A DNA stretch of 64,000 nt from a virus, in IMG/VR virus record IMGVR_UViG_3300007735_000799, positions 32,001-96,000 of that record; one strand, given 5' to 3'. The translations under genes and the position numbers were made by a program. The first letter of the stretch is position 1. Each line of letters opens with the position of its first letter. Below, piece by piece: positions 26,160 to 35,451 of this stretch. The notes under the pieces were generated by a model. That model saw only the letters and a list, made by a program, of their open reading frames with translations. It was not told the DNA's origin and ran no database searches.

Positions 26160-26588
26160 TTACGACTTGTTTGCTGCTGCTGCTGAACCAAAGTAGAATC
26201 CTACAATGCTCAACAAGATTTGACGATTCTCTGATGTGAACAAGAACCCGTTGATTTCCACGAAGTACTTTCTCAGAACATCAGGCCCCAAGAAATTGGT
26301 TTGAGTTGCATCCACTTCAACGAATGTAGGAACACCAAAGAAGGGCAACACAAACGGAGCCAAGAAAGTTGCAAACAAGGTTGACAGAACTATAATCTGA
26401 CGCACTCCCTTACCCATATCTAACGGAACACGCTCAACTGCTTTTTGTTGATTATCGGTGGTCTGCTTGTTTGCAGCCATCATCTGCTGAAACATTTCTT
26501 TTTGATCTTGAGACTTCTGTGCTATAAAGCGAAACAGAAAGCCTACCGCTGAACCACCAAGCATTGACAATAGTTCTATCATAGGCAT
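26160..26588 (-). CDS. holin-like membrane protein (3TM holin-like)
   Basis: LLSMLGG N-terminus, VRQIIVL TM, C-terminal SIVGFYFG. Confidence 0.55.
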   Translation of the reverse strand: MPMIELLSMLGGSAVGFLFRFIAQKSQDQKEMFQQMMAANKQTTDNQQKAVERVPLDMGKGVRQIIVLSTLFATFLAPFVLPFFGVPTFVEVDATQTNFLGPDVLRKYFVEINGFLFTSENRQILLSIVGFYFGSAAAANKS

Positions 26589-26632
26589 ACCAGCCCCTTT
26601 CTAAAAATACTAAAGTATTTAGGCGGCAAATG

Positions 26633-26658
26633 AAAAGGGGAGGAGTCTCCTCCTCCCC
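26633..26658 (-). terminator. intrinsic terminator after beta-barrel gene
   Basis: GGGGAGGAG-GAGA-CTCCTCCCC-TTTT. Confidence 0.75.
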
Positions 26659-26681
26659 TCTCAAAGAATCTATTTTATAAA

Positions 26682-27452
26682 TCAGAACTTGATGCCGATA
26701 CCAGCAGTCACATTCCACGAGTTCTCGTTGGCAGCATTCATTTCCTGCCATACAGGAACGCCGAAGCCTGCGTTTAGGTCAACATTGTTGGAGACCTTCC
26801 ACTCAGCCTTTGGGCCAAGGAAAGCCACATTGCTGCCCTCGGTGTACCACTGGTTCAAGTCTACGCCGACCTGTAGACTGCTCCACTTGTAGGCAACAAA
26901 CGACTCAGCATTGAGACCGTAGTTGTTGAAGTTACCAAACACAGGAGTGTAAGCGTATGAGCCAACCCACAGAACATCAAAGGTCTGTGTGTAAGCAACC
27001 GAACCCCAAGTCATATCGTAATTAAAACCAACATGTGGGTTCACATTGTCGGTGTTGTAACCAGCAGAACCGGTTGGCATCCATGCGCCACCTTCAACAG
27101 CGAAGTTGGTGTTTGCACCAAGGAACTTTGCGTCCTTGACCAAACCGTATTCAACGCCGATGTCAATAGCACCGTAGCCTGTTACATCTTGCGAGTAAAC
27201 AGGAACAGTAATGTGCCATCCAAGCAAGTCATACAACTTGCCGCTGATGGTGGAATCCAACTCAGTTACAGTACTAACATTCGTCTTTCCCCAAAAGGTC
27301 AAGGTTTCATCAACCGAGATACTGTTGAAGAGAGAAGCCGATGCCTGCGGAGCAGGAGCGGTAGTAGTTGCAGCAGCCTGTTGAGCAACTGCATTGCTGT
27401 TTGCCAAAACTACTACGGCTACAGCAGCGAGGTATCTAAAGAATCGTGTCAT
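26682..27452 (-). CDS. outer-membrane beta-barrel protein
   Basis: Signal peptide MTRFFRYLAAVAVVVLANSNAVA, alternating beta-strand pattern, WMPTG, terminal VTAGIGIKF beta-signal. Confidence 0.8.
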   Translation of the reverse strand: MTRFFRYLAAVAVVVLANSNAVAQQAAATTTAPAPQASASLFNSISVDETLTFWGKTNVSTVTELDSTISGKLYDLLGWHITVPVYSQDVTGYGAIDIGVEYGLVKDAKFLGANTNFAVEGGAWMPTGSAGYNTDNVNPHVGFNYDMTWGSVAYTQTFDVLWVGSYAYTPVFGNFNNYGLNAESFVAYKWSSLQVGVDLNQWYTEGSNVAFLGPKAEWKVSNNVDLNAGFGVPVWQEMNAANENSWNVTAGIGIKF

Positions 27453-27668
27453 TACATTTCTCCTTATATAAGTTAAACCCCTCAACTCCGAGGGGTCTAG
27501 TATATTGGCCTGAAATGTGTTTAGGATACCATTTATAAAATGGTTTAGATTTTAACTTTTTCAGCACGAAGCGTCATGTTGATGTGTGCTGGATAAGTTT
27601 TAGGCAATCCTGAACGAGAAACGCCACTTGGACGATTTCTAGTTTTGTATCCGCCTTTTTTAAAAGCC

Positions 27669-27857
27669 TTACTCGTGTCCTTGTTCTTTGCCATCTGTTT
27701 TGCCTTTCACTTTCACTTCTTTCTTTACATCTTCAAGTTCTTCTTGCGCCTTTAACTCTTCTTTAGTTTCTGATGGTAGAGAAATTTCATTAACTGGTTT
27801 TATCTTACCAATCTCTACTCTTTCTCTAAAATTTGGCCCAAGAAAAAAATTACCCAT
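27669..27857 (-). CDS. small hypothetical protein
   Basis: ORF coupled to upstream stop. Confidence 0.45.
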   Translation of the reverse strand: MGNFFLGPNFRERVEIGKIKPVNEISLPSETKEELKAQEELEDVKKEVKVKGKTDGKEQGHE

Positions 27858-28753
27858 TAAGCGTATCCCTTCATCACCAAGTTGTGTGCTTGTGTGAAGC
27901 CTTTAACGATTTCGTTCCAATCACGAAGATTGATGAATGCTCTGTGTACAGTTTCTTCATCGCCAGAATCTCCACCTGAGCAGACATTTGCTTTCTTGCA
28001 AAGTGCATCAGGAATGAAACTCAGATCGCCGTAGACCGACCAAGTTTGACGGTATCCACCAAAAGTCTTCTTGATACCACCCTCAGAGTAAATCACCATG
28101 ATGGTTCCAATTCCAGGAATGATCTTTTCAATTGCGGGAATACCAGGACCTGTTGGATCGTCTAGCGTTGTTGCCTTCCATCCTTGTGGTGGACGGTTAT
28201 AAAAATCTGGAATCTTTGGTGCAGTTTTCTTACCACCGAATCCAAAAATCTTCTCTTGTAGAGAACGCTTTGCTTCTTCAAATATCTTACGCTGATAGTG
28301 TGGTGCACTGCCGCTAAGTTCAGCAGACTCCACCTTGGAGAAGTTATACTTCTGAGCCAAACCAGGAATAATCTCTGAGGCTAGGCGAGAAATCAAATCT
28401 CTTTCCTTCTGTGTGCATTCAGTATTGAGAATTTTTAGAACCTTTTCAGGACTGTTTGCATTGCTATTGATCTTTGCAGCCAATCGTGGAAGAACCACAG
28501 AAGAGAAACTTGTAAGAAGTAGTTGCTCTGCTGGAGTAGCCTTGGTCTTGAACCATCCAAAGAATTCATTTACAGGAATAACTATGTGTGGTGTCTTGTC
28601 TGAAAGTACGCGAAGCATCTCGTCAAGAGTAACTTCACGATCTTCGTTCACAGACTGATTTTCAACTTTTGGAGCGGCGATTTCGTTGGAAACAACCGAC
28701 TTGGGTTGAAACTTGGCGGCTTCTTCCTGTAATTTCTTATTGTAATGGTACAT
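27857..28753 (-). CDS. candidate internal head protein
   Basis: KKLQE-EAA near N-terminus and internal SLQE; CATAAATA late promoter upstream. Confidence 0.55.
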   Translation of the reverse strand: MYHYNKKLQEEAAKFQPKSVVSNEIAAPKVENQSVNEDREVTLDEMLRVLSDKTPHIVIPVNEFFGWFKTKATPAEQLLLTSFSSVVLPRLAAKINSNANSPEKVLKILNTECTQKERDLISRLASEIIPGLAQKYNFSKVESAELSGSAPHYQRKIFEEAKRSLQEKIFGFGGKKTAPKIPDFYNRPPQGWKATTLDDPTGPGIPAIEKIIPGIGTIMVIYSEGGIKKTFGGYRQTWSVYGDLSFIPDALCKKANVCSGGDSGDEETVHRAFINLRDWNEIVKGFTQAHNLVMKGYA

Positions 28754-28781
28754 TGTCTCTCCCTGAAAATAGGTTCTAGTT

Positions 28782-28822
28782 TATTTATGTTGCAAAATAC
28801 GGCGGTTAAAATTACATAAATA
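28782..28822. promoter_or_regulatory. divergent pair of late promoters
   Basis: CATAAATA on minus (28782..28789) and on plus (28815..28822). Confidence 0.65.
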
Positions 28823-28850
28823 CTCAAAAATGCCTCTAAAGGAGCGTACC

Positions 28851-29462
28851 ATGAACTCGGATTTTAACTTTCGTACCCCACTAAAAGCAAAGAACAATAT
28901 CCTATCGGAAGCGTTCAAGCGTATCGGCAAGATTGCCGCAGATAACTTTAGCCCACTCAAGGGTAAGGGTTCTGAAAACTTGGTGGAGGCGGTTACTCTA
29001 GACCCAACAGAACGAGAGATTTTTCTGTATACCGTGAACCATCATGGCATCTATCGCAGTCGCATCACCCCAATTATTGACAACTATAAAAAGAAGATCA
29101 GCGGTGGTAAGTTTGATCGTAACCTTGCAACCAAAGGATTCACCTACGCTGTTGAAGACGGCATCAAGGAATACAACAAAGAGAACGGAACCACAATCAA
29201 AATGAATCCTGCCTCGCGCATGCGCGTGGCTGAAAAGATGCTTGAGTATTACGGCGAAGAGATTGGCATGTCTGCTCGTAATGTATCGGTACACAAAGAA
29301 GAAGTGGCAGACGAAATTAAACTATCAGAAGTGTCGCCACCAGCAGGTGCTGCTCGCAGATTCTCCAAGAAGCCAGAAGTTAAAGCCTCTTTCAAGAAGC
29401 GTTACGGAGATCGTTGGAAGGAAGTAATGTACGCCACCGCTTGGAAAATGCACAATAAATGA
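28851..29462 (+). CDS. candidate prohead core/internal protein
   Basis: AGGAG RBS; ILSE-A, LVE-A, LSE-V sites; C-terminal KRYGDRWKEVMYATAWK motif recalled from T4-like internal proteins. Confidence 0.65.
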   Translation: MNSDFNFRTPLKAKNNILSEAFKRIGKIAADNFSPLKGKGSENLVEAVTLDPTEREIFLYTVNHHGIYRSRITPIIDNYKKKISGGKFDRNLATKGFTYAVEDGIKEYNKENGTTIKMNPASRMRVAEKMLEYYGEEIGMSARNVSVHKEEVADEIKLSEVSPPAGAARRFSKKPEVKASFKKRYGDRWKEVMYATAWKMHNK

Positions 29463-30031
29463 AATCGTTTCGCTCATTCCTAACCGAAGCACCTGATTGC
29501 GCCGAACAATCCAAATTTATTTGGAAGGGTGCGGTTAAATCTGTTGCTGTATGCAATTTCAAGGATGGGGTTGTATGGAAGGGAGCAACACAATCGGTTC
29601 CTCTTTTTAACATCAAGGGTGGTGTAATGTGGGAGGGTGTGCTGCAAGCCAAGGCTATCGGCAACTTCAAAGAAGGAATTCTTTGGGAAGGCATGGTTCA
29701 AGAAAAAGCCTTGTGCAACATTCGTGAAAATACCGTATGGCAAGGTATGCTTCAAGCCAAGGCAATTTGTAATTTTGGAACTGCTGATGTTCCTGATGCC
29801 AAACCGGTATGCAATCAAGAAACCGTATTCGTATGGCGAGAGATGGTTAAGAGTGAAGCCATTCTTAACTTTAATATGAAAATGAGTAATCACACTAAAC
29901 TTGCGATTGCATACACCTTTGTTATGAAGAATTCTTCTCCTAAAGTAAATAAAAAAACAGCCTCGGGGGATAAGCCCAAGGCTGTTAAAATCACACCAAA
30001 ACCAAATAAGGTTCAGGCGTCCAAAGCGTAA
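29459..30031 (+). CDS. candidate internal head protein with 18-aa repeats
   Basis: MKSFRSFLTE-A start; five WxGxxxxxAxxNxKxG repeats. Confidence 0.7.
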   Translation: MKSFRSFLTEAPDCAEQSKFIWKGAVKSVAVCNFKDGVVWKGATQSVPLFNIKGGVMWEGVLQAKAIGNFKEGILWEGMVQEKALCNIRENTVWQGMLQAKAICNFGTADVPDAKPVCNQETVFVWREMVKSEAILNFNMKMSNHTKLAIAYTFVMKNSSPKVNKKTASGDKPKAVKITPKPNKVQASKA

Positions 30032-30831
30032 TTTTGCGCTTGCGATTTAGGGTTGTTGATGAAGTCTTCCATAGCCTTCATTATTTCCTCATACTGCTCG
30101 TACTGAACTTGATCCCGACCGTTCTTGTCTACGCATTTGGTAGCAACACGCGGTGAACGGAAATCGGGTTGACAATCCGCTAACACACCAGGATGATTGG
30201 CAATGTATTCCCGAGCCGTAGCAACACGATCAAGGTTGGTGGCAAGTACTGCTTCCACATCTAGTTTGCTCGTCAATCGTTCCCACACCTCATTGGATTC
30301 TACCATCGTGGTAAGTGTGCCGTTGCTGCGAACACACATGTTGGGAAGTGTGGTATTTCCCCAAGCGTACAATTTCTCCCACAGAAGTTTAGCAAGCGGC
30401 TGACGCATCAGAAGAAAATCTGAACCGCAAGCATCCAAACGAGTAGACAATCGGGGAAACACTTTATGCTTGCGATTCCAACAATTTGCATCTGTAATGC
30501 AAGTTTTCCAAGAATCTCTAACACACTCAAGTTCTGAGGAATGCAGGAAGATTGGATCTCTATCTTCCACGCGATCTAAAAAAAGAAAATGTTGAATATC
30601 CGTGATGCTGTACGGACACCACGCTCGCAGGAGATTCTTACCGATGCCGCGAGGAGACTCACCCACCCACTCGCGCATGAGAAAAGCAATTCTTGTATCC
30701 TCTTTGGTATCCAACTCCCAAAAGTGAGCCTCCACCACATTGTGGTAGTTTACACCGTACATGCCGATGCTGTGCTTGCCCAACACAGGAACGCCACACA
30801 GATTCTGAATTTCCAACAGATCGTCAGTCAT
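30013..30831 (-). CDS. hypothetical protein
   Basis: 272-aa ORF, AGGAA RBS. Confidence 0.6.
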   Translation of the reverse strand: MTDDLLEIQNLCGVPVLGKHSIGMYGVNYHNVVEAHFWELDTKEDTRIAFLMREWVGESPRGIGKNLLRAWCPYSITDIQHFLFLDRVEDRDPIFLHSSELECVRDSWKTCITDANCWNRKHKVFPRLSTRLDACGSDFLLMRQPLAKLLWEKLYAWGNTTLPNMCVRSNGTLTTMVESNEVWERLTSKLDVEAVLATNLDRVATAREYIANHPGVLADCQPDFRSPRVATKCVDKNGRDQVQYEQYEEIMKAMEDFINNPKSQAQNYALDA

Positions 30832-31060
30832 TTGTTTCCTCTTCTAAGATAAGAATTGCTCCGCGAGCCATGACATAATCCCAATACCCACGAGCGGTTT
30901 CAAGGTTTGTGGTGTAGACCTTTGGAGAGGCTGTCTCTCCTTTAACCCAATGCTTGAAAATCACAAATGTTGGATCAACACTATCGGCTTCAAACTGATA
31001 GATGTCGCATCTGTGTGCAGTTTGGTTCACGAGTTGCCACTTTCTTCGTGTGCGAATCAT
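30824..31060 (-). CDS. small early protein, R-x-x-W helix family
   Basis: Ends NLETARGYWDYVMARG. Confidence 0.55.
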   Translation of the reverse strand: MIRTRRKWQLVNQTAHRCDIYQFEADSVDPTFVIFKHWVKGETASPKVYTTNLETARGYWDYVMARGAILILEEETND

Positions 31061-31311
31061 TGCAGTTCACTCAGCCACTTGTGCCGAGCAATCAATCCAA
31101 ATTCTTTTCTGATAGGCTTGCCTTCACGAAACGCTTGCATCATGTCCATCAGGAACATGGTCATATGCTCGTCGCCTGCAATCAGAGTCTCGTCAAACAG
31201 AGTCTCAAACATTTCAATCAGGGCGTTGAGAGTAACAGGATACTTCTCTTCGCCGTGACGGTAAATCCACACCGGCTTCTGCTTGGTGTTTTTACGAACA
31301 GGCTTCTTCAC
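31057..31311 (-). CDS. small hypothetical protein
   Basis: Translationally coupled ORF. Confidence 0.55.
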   Translation of the reverse strand: MKKPVRKNTKQKPVWIYRHGEEKYPVTLNALIEMFETLFDETLIAGDEHMTMFLMDMMQAFREGKPIRKEFGLIARHKWLSELQ

Positions 31312-31568
31312 GCTCCACCCGTTTCCATCATCATTTTGCCGGTTTTGTAAAGTTCCGAAAGACGAAGAACAGGATGAGCCATTGCATCCCGAAACAGATT
31401 CAAGGTTCCGTGCAAGCCGTCAACCGTATCGCTCAACACGCTTGCAAAGTGCGGAGACACCAGAACGAGAGCGTCATCCTCATACGCTGCTTCGTGAATT
31501 GCGAAGAACTCGTTTCCTTCTTCATCAGTATCGTGGTGAACCACGCGATGATTCCATGTGAATGCCAT
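31308..31568 (-). CDS. conserved small phage protein
   Basis: TWNHRVV...FAIHEAAYE pattern. Confidence 0.6.
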   Translation of the reverse strand: MAFTWNHRVVHHDTDEEGNEFFAIHEAAYEDDALVLVSPHFASVLSDTVDGLHGTLNLFRDAMAHPVLRLSELYKTGKMMMETGGA

Positions 31569-31581
31569 TTTCTGTTTTCCT

Positions 31582-31914
31582 TTACTTGATGGGGTATGTG
31601 AACGGAACGGTCTGACCAGGCGTGAAAGACTGGTCGTTGCGAATCTCGGTCATCTCGGAACGATACTCACCACACTGCTTGGTGACATAGTGTTGCCACA
31701 GTTTGCGACCCTCTTCTAAACTACCTTTCCAATTGCTGAGAATCTTGCCAGGCTTGCCGTTGGCATCGTTGTGACGCACCAACACGCGGCACGGAACAAC
31801 TAATTTGTTGAATTGAGTTTTCTTGTGAATCACGAACTGCACCCACTCATGCTTGGCAACGCCGTTGTAGTTGTCTTGGATAAGCAACCAATAATGAATA
31901 ACTTCCCATCCCAT
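31582..31914 (-). CDS. small early protein, R-x-x-W helix family
   Basis: Start MGWEV overlapping upstream stop (TAATG); SLEEGRKLWQHYV. Confidence 0.6.
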   Translation of the reverse strand: MGWEVIHYWLLIQDNYNGVAKHEWVQFVIHKKTQFNKLVVPCRVLVRHNDANGKPGKILSNWKGSLEEGRKLWQHYVTKQCGEYRSEMTEIRNDQSFTPGQTVPFTYPIK

Positions 31915-32243
31915 TAGACGGTCTCCTCCAACCATTCTGCGGCAGCGATAAGCCCCGCAGCAAGTTCACGAATCTTGGCAGGGTCATTCATTTCCACGCC
32001 AACAGTTTCGTTGTCGTAGCCATCGTTGAACCATGCGTCAACAGACACACGGCGAGCACCAGTCTTGCCGAAAGTCCGTGAATACCACGGGAACACGGCA
32101 ATCCCTGAACGGTCTGCTGCATCACGAACACTCACAGACTTCGGAGCAGTAGCCATCGCCGCGTCCTCAATCTTCTGCATTTTTTCTGCCTTCTTCTGCA
32201 ACTTGGTTTTCAGAGTCGGCTTCTTGGTCTTTTTGGTCTTCAT
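31914..32243 (-). CDS. hypothetical protein with basic N-terminus
   Basis: Start MKTKKTKK after repeated RBS block. Confidence 0.6.
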   Translation of the reverse strand: MKTKKTKKPTLKTKLQKKAEKMQKIEDAAMATAPKSVSVRDAADRSGIAVFPWYSRTFGKTGARRVSVDAWFNDGYDNETVGVEMNDPAKIRELAAGLIAAAEWLEETV

Positions 32244-32248
32244 GTTTG

Positions 32249-32291
32249 CTTTCAGTAAAAGTTTGGATAGTTCGGGTTTGATTCCACGAAC
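32249..32291. repeat. 43-bp exact direct repeat, copy 1 (copy 2 at 32789..32831)
   Basis: ctttcagtaaaagtttggatagttcgggtttgattccacgaac in both places. Confidence 0.95.
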
Positions 32292-32368
32292 TGTACCCAC
32301 TCAAACTTGGCAACGCCGTGGTAGTTGTCGTGGATACGCAACCAGTAGTGAGTGACTTCCCATCCCAT
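32252..32368 (-). pseudogene. 38-aa chimeric remnant ORF
   Basis: MGWEVTHYWLRIHDNYHGVAKFEWVQFV (like 31582 gene) fused to ESNPNYPNFY (end of 32792 gene). Confidence 0.6.
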
Positions 32369-32778
32369 TAGACGATCTCCACCATCCTGGTGTAGATGCT
32401 GTTGATGCGGAACGGACTGCTGGCGAAGTTCTTGAGAACGGCAGTCATCTCCGACTTGCTGCCCTCAAACCCGAAGTCACGCAGACCCGTCATCAGGCAA
32501 GTACCGCTTCCCATGAGCAGACGATCAATCGTCCCCTCACCCATGCGATCCTCCACCCAATCAATCGGATCGTTCATGTCTTGCGTGTTGTTCAGCGTGA
32601 AGGTGATGTTCACACGGTACTGCGGCTCGTGCGTGAAGATGTTGCTGCACAGAGCGTTGTTCACCTTGCGAGTGTTGATGTCAGCCGTGACAGCCTGTGG
32701 ACTGCGTGGTTTGTTGGTGGGAACGGTGGTCTTGGCCTTGCGAGAACGATTGGTGTTGTTGCGAGTCTTGGTCTTCAT
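32368..32778 (-). CDS. hypothetical protein with basic N-terminus
   Basis: MKTKTRNN start, AGGA RBS. Confidence 0.6.
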   Translation of the reverse strand: MKTKTRNNTNRSRKAKTTVPTNKPRSPQAVTADINTRKVNNALCSNIFTHEPQYRVNITFTLNNTQDMNDPIDWVEDRMGEGTIDRLLMGSGTCLMTGLRDFGFEGSKSEMTAVLKNFASSPFRINSIYTRMVEIV

Positions 32779-32788
32779 GGTCAGTTTC

Positions 32789-32831
32789 CTTTCAGTAAAA
32801 GTTTGGATAGTTCGGGTTTGATTCCACGAAC
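32789..32831. repeat. 43-bp exact direct repeat, copy 2
   Basis: Identical to 32249..32291. Confidence 0.95.
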
Positions 32832-33022
32832 AGAGTGTTGAGAATTTGAATCACCCGAAACATTCGGGCAGATTCATCAGCAGGTTCATCCGCGTAATAC
32901 GCAGAGATTGCTCTTACCACGGTTTGACGCAACCGCAGAATCTCGCTGCCTGCTGCTTTAGACAGGTCATCGTTTCTGCGGAACAGGTCATCCACGATAT
33001 CGTGTTTGAACGGTTGAGGCAT
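32792..33022 (-). CDS. small hypothetical protein
   Basis: Coupled to upstream stop (TAATG). Confidence 0.55.
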   Translation of the reverse strand: MPQPFKHDIVDDLFRRNDDLSKAAGSEILRLRQTVVRAISAYYADEPADESARMFRVIQILNTLFVESNPNYPNFY

Positions 33023-33936
33023 TACACATTCCTGCTGCCCAAACGAACGCTCACCCCAAGATAGTCCATAGTGTTCTGATTACACTGAAGACTCGGGTGA
33101 GCCGTGGGGAAATCCCACTGCGGCATGGCATCCACGAACGCAGAATAAACCCCCGTGGAGTGTTCCGTGGCAACCTCGTCAACCTTGCTAGCGTCCTGCT
33201 TCAGACGCTCCAAAGTCTGCATGTCGGAATCGCTTGGCACATACTCCAAGTTGTGTGGCGACACAAAGCCCACATCCGTGAACTTGCCATCAGGACCACG
33301 CTTGTCACTCCAAGCCAACCCGTAGGAATTACCGAAGCGAGTGCGACCCTCCCAAAACAGAACGCCAGTCTTGCCCTTCGGATACTTGCGTCCTGCGATC
33401 ACTTGCCACTTGGAACCCTTGACAGGCTTCGGGTGAACCGTCTTCTCCCACTGGTCACGCAGATTGGCAAGGTAGCGTACCTTCACGGTAGCCTCGGCGT
33501 TCTTCGCCTGCCACTTCGCCCAAGTATTACGCCACCAAATCTGAAAAGCGATTCGCTCCTTCATGGGAGCATCAACGCGGAACTTGGTGTAGAACTTGCT
33601 GTCTCCACGCATCGCCACATACACAGTCTCGTGGCTCTGCACACGCTTGCACAGATACTCATGCTCCATGCCCTTGGCAACGGCATCGGTGTTCTCGTTG
33701 CGGAACCAAGCGTAGAGGCTTGCGAAAGGCGTGATGCTGTCATCCGCGTAAACATGCTCGCGGGAAATTTCGTCCGTCAGGGCAACAATCTTGCCCGTGA
33801 GGTTGGTGAAGAACTCCTGAGCCTCGGTGTTCCACCCGTGCAACTTCGCGGCTTCGGGATTGTCCGAATGGAAGAAAATGGGCGTGATGACGCGCTCGGA
33901 AGCGAGGGTAACGGTGTTGGTTGTGGTCGCAGACAT
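33022..33936 (-). CDS. early hypothetical protein with SH3/KOW-like domain
   Basis: VIAGRKYPKGKTGVLFWEG...FVSPHNLE; strong codon bias. Confidence 0.7.
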   Translation of the reverse strand: MSATTTNTVTLASERVITPIFFHSDNPEAAKLHGWNTEAQEFFTNLTGKIVALTDEISREHVYADDSITPFASLYAWFRNENTDAVAKGMEHEYLCKRVQSHETVYVAMRGDSKFYTKFRVDAPMKERIAFQIWWRNTWAKWQAKNAEATVKVRYLANLRDQWEKTVHPKPVKGSKWQVIAGRKYPKGKTGVLFWEGRTRFGNSYGLAWSDKRGPDGKFTDVGFVSPHNLEYVPSDSDMQTLERLKQDASKVDEVATEHSTGVYSAFVDAMPQWDFPTAHPSLQCNQNTMDYLGVSVRLGSRNV

Positions 33937-33942
33937 ACCCTA

Positions 33943-33971
33943 ATTCTACCCGAAAAACGGGGGCCTGTCAA
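33943..33971 (-). promoter_or_regulatory. early sigma70-type promoter, leaderless geometry
   Basis: TTGACA-17 nt-TAGAAT; ATG 7 nt after -10. Confidence 0.75.
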
Positions 33972-34154
33972 CCTGTAGGGCCGCCGAATCCTCATTTTTT
34001 ATTATCGGACTATACCCCTAAAAGGGCCGGTTTCCTGCGGTGTTTTAGGGGTCATTGGGGAGGCTAGAATGCCCCAGGAGGCATCCCCGCAGTCGGCCCC
34101 GCCCGTTACCCCCAGAACGGGACCACCTCCCCAATGGGCCCTATATTATCGGAC

Positions 34155-35417
34155 TCACCATCTGTAGGTTAGTTCGGTGGGTTCCAGGTTCAAGTAGCGG
34201 AAGAATGAGCCTACGCCGCGACTCAACAAATTTGCAATAAATGAAATTACCTTTTTGATGGCTTCAAGCAATTTCTTAAATCCATCTTTAATGTATTGAT
34301 AACCTTTCATGCCTGCCTTGGTCATACTCTTGCCTGCTGTGGTTAGCCAATCACCCAAGCCTTCGTTGAGTTCATTGTAATAGTAGTTGTATCTTTCGGT
34401 TAATTCTTTTTCTGAGAATACCGTTTCATCCAAATCCTCGTCTTCCAATTTTGAATCGCCTGCCTTTTGAGCGTAGTCAATGCGAGCAGCGATACCACGA
34501 GAACCACCGCCACTCTTGCTGCTCTTGCGACCACGATCACGAAGACTAAACTTAAAGTTGGGAAGAGTCTTTGTAATAAATTCGTTTGCGTCCATGAACT
34601 TAATGGTTCCGTTTTCAAACCATTCAAGGAAGTGTGTAGCAATAAAGTCTTCATTCAAGAAACGCTTTTCGCCTGTGGCAAACTCTCGCAGAAGTTTCTT
34701 GCGATTGTTGGTGTCAATCATAAAGCGACTCATCTCTATAGTCAACTTTTCACGAATTCCTATAATGCCTAGAAACTCGTTCATCTGCTTTATTTCTTCC
34801 TTTGAAGGAACGCCTGCGCCACTCTTGAATCCTGTGACACGACTGAGTAGTTGGTCAAATCCGTCTACCCCGTATTCGTTTTCAAACTTCTTGCGTGTAG
34901 CCTTGTAAACAGTTTCGTTTCCTGATTCTGTAATAATGCGAGCAATGGTTTGTGTGAGTTTTGATCCTTCGCTACTGTTTTTAAATGTGGCGTTTAGAAC
35001 CGCGTAGATTTCATTTGTTTGTGCGGAAGCAACCTGAAATGCTGTGCCGTTCTTGATGGAGCAACGAAACTTTTTGCCACCCACCATAAACACCGCATCT
35101 GTTTTTGGTTCACCACTCTTGATGCTTCTGCCTTCTCCACCTTCAGTATACGCAGGAGCAATCACGGACGGTGGGGCTTTGCCTGCCATGCGATACGCAA
35201 GACGAGGCTTACCACCTAGTTTAGGAAGCAGGGCTTTAATGCACGACTTTGCTGTTTCTTGTGCGTACTTGTTTTGATACTTTAAAGATTCACCGCGAGC
35301 CTTACCTTCAGTTGAAACTTCATTGAAAGCCTTAACCAAATCAATCTCAAACTGTGTAGAGTTGATGGTTCCTTCGGTTAAAAACTTTGTATGAATAAAC
35401 GAGGTAAACTTGTTCAT
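34155..35417 (-). CDS. PD-(D/E)xK-like nuclease, candidate packaged protein
   Basis: EPKTDAVF...RCSIK motif; start MNKFTSF..KFLTE-G directly after AATAAATA late promoter. Confidence 0.55.
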   Translation of the reverse strand: MNKFTSFIHTKFLTEGTINSTQFEIDLVKAFNEVSTEGKARGESLKYQNKYAQETAKSCIKALLPKLGGKPRLAYRMAGKAPPSVIAPAYTEGGEGRSIKSGEPKTDAVFMVGGKKFRCSIKNGTAFQVASAQTNEIYAVLNATFKNSSEGSKLTQTIARIITESGNETVYKATRKKFENEYGVDGFDQLLSRVTGFKSGAGVPSKEEIKQMNEFLGIIGIREKLTIEMSRFMIDTNNRKKLLREFATGEKRFLNEDFIATHFLEWFENGTIKFMDANEFITKTLPNFKFSLRDRGRKSSKSGGGSRGIAARIDYAQKAGDSKLEDEDLDETVFSEKELTERYNYYYNELNEGLGDWLTTAGKSMTKAGMKGYQYIKDGFKKLLEAIKKVISFIANLLSRGVGSFFRYLNLEPTELTYRW

Positions 35418-35451
35418 GTGAGTATTTATTCTTTCCATATGATCGTCACTA

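Noticed and set aside
33097-33978. 293-aa plus-strand ORF
   Set aside because: Antisense shadow of GC-rich 33022..33936
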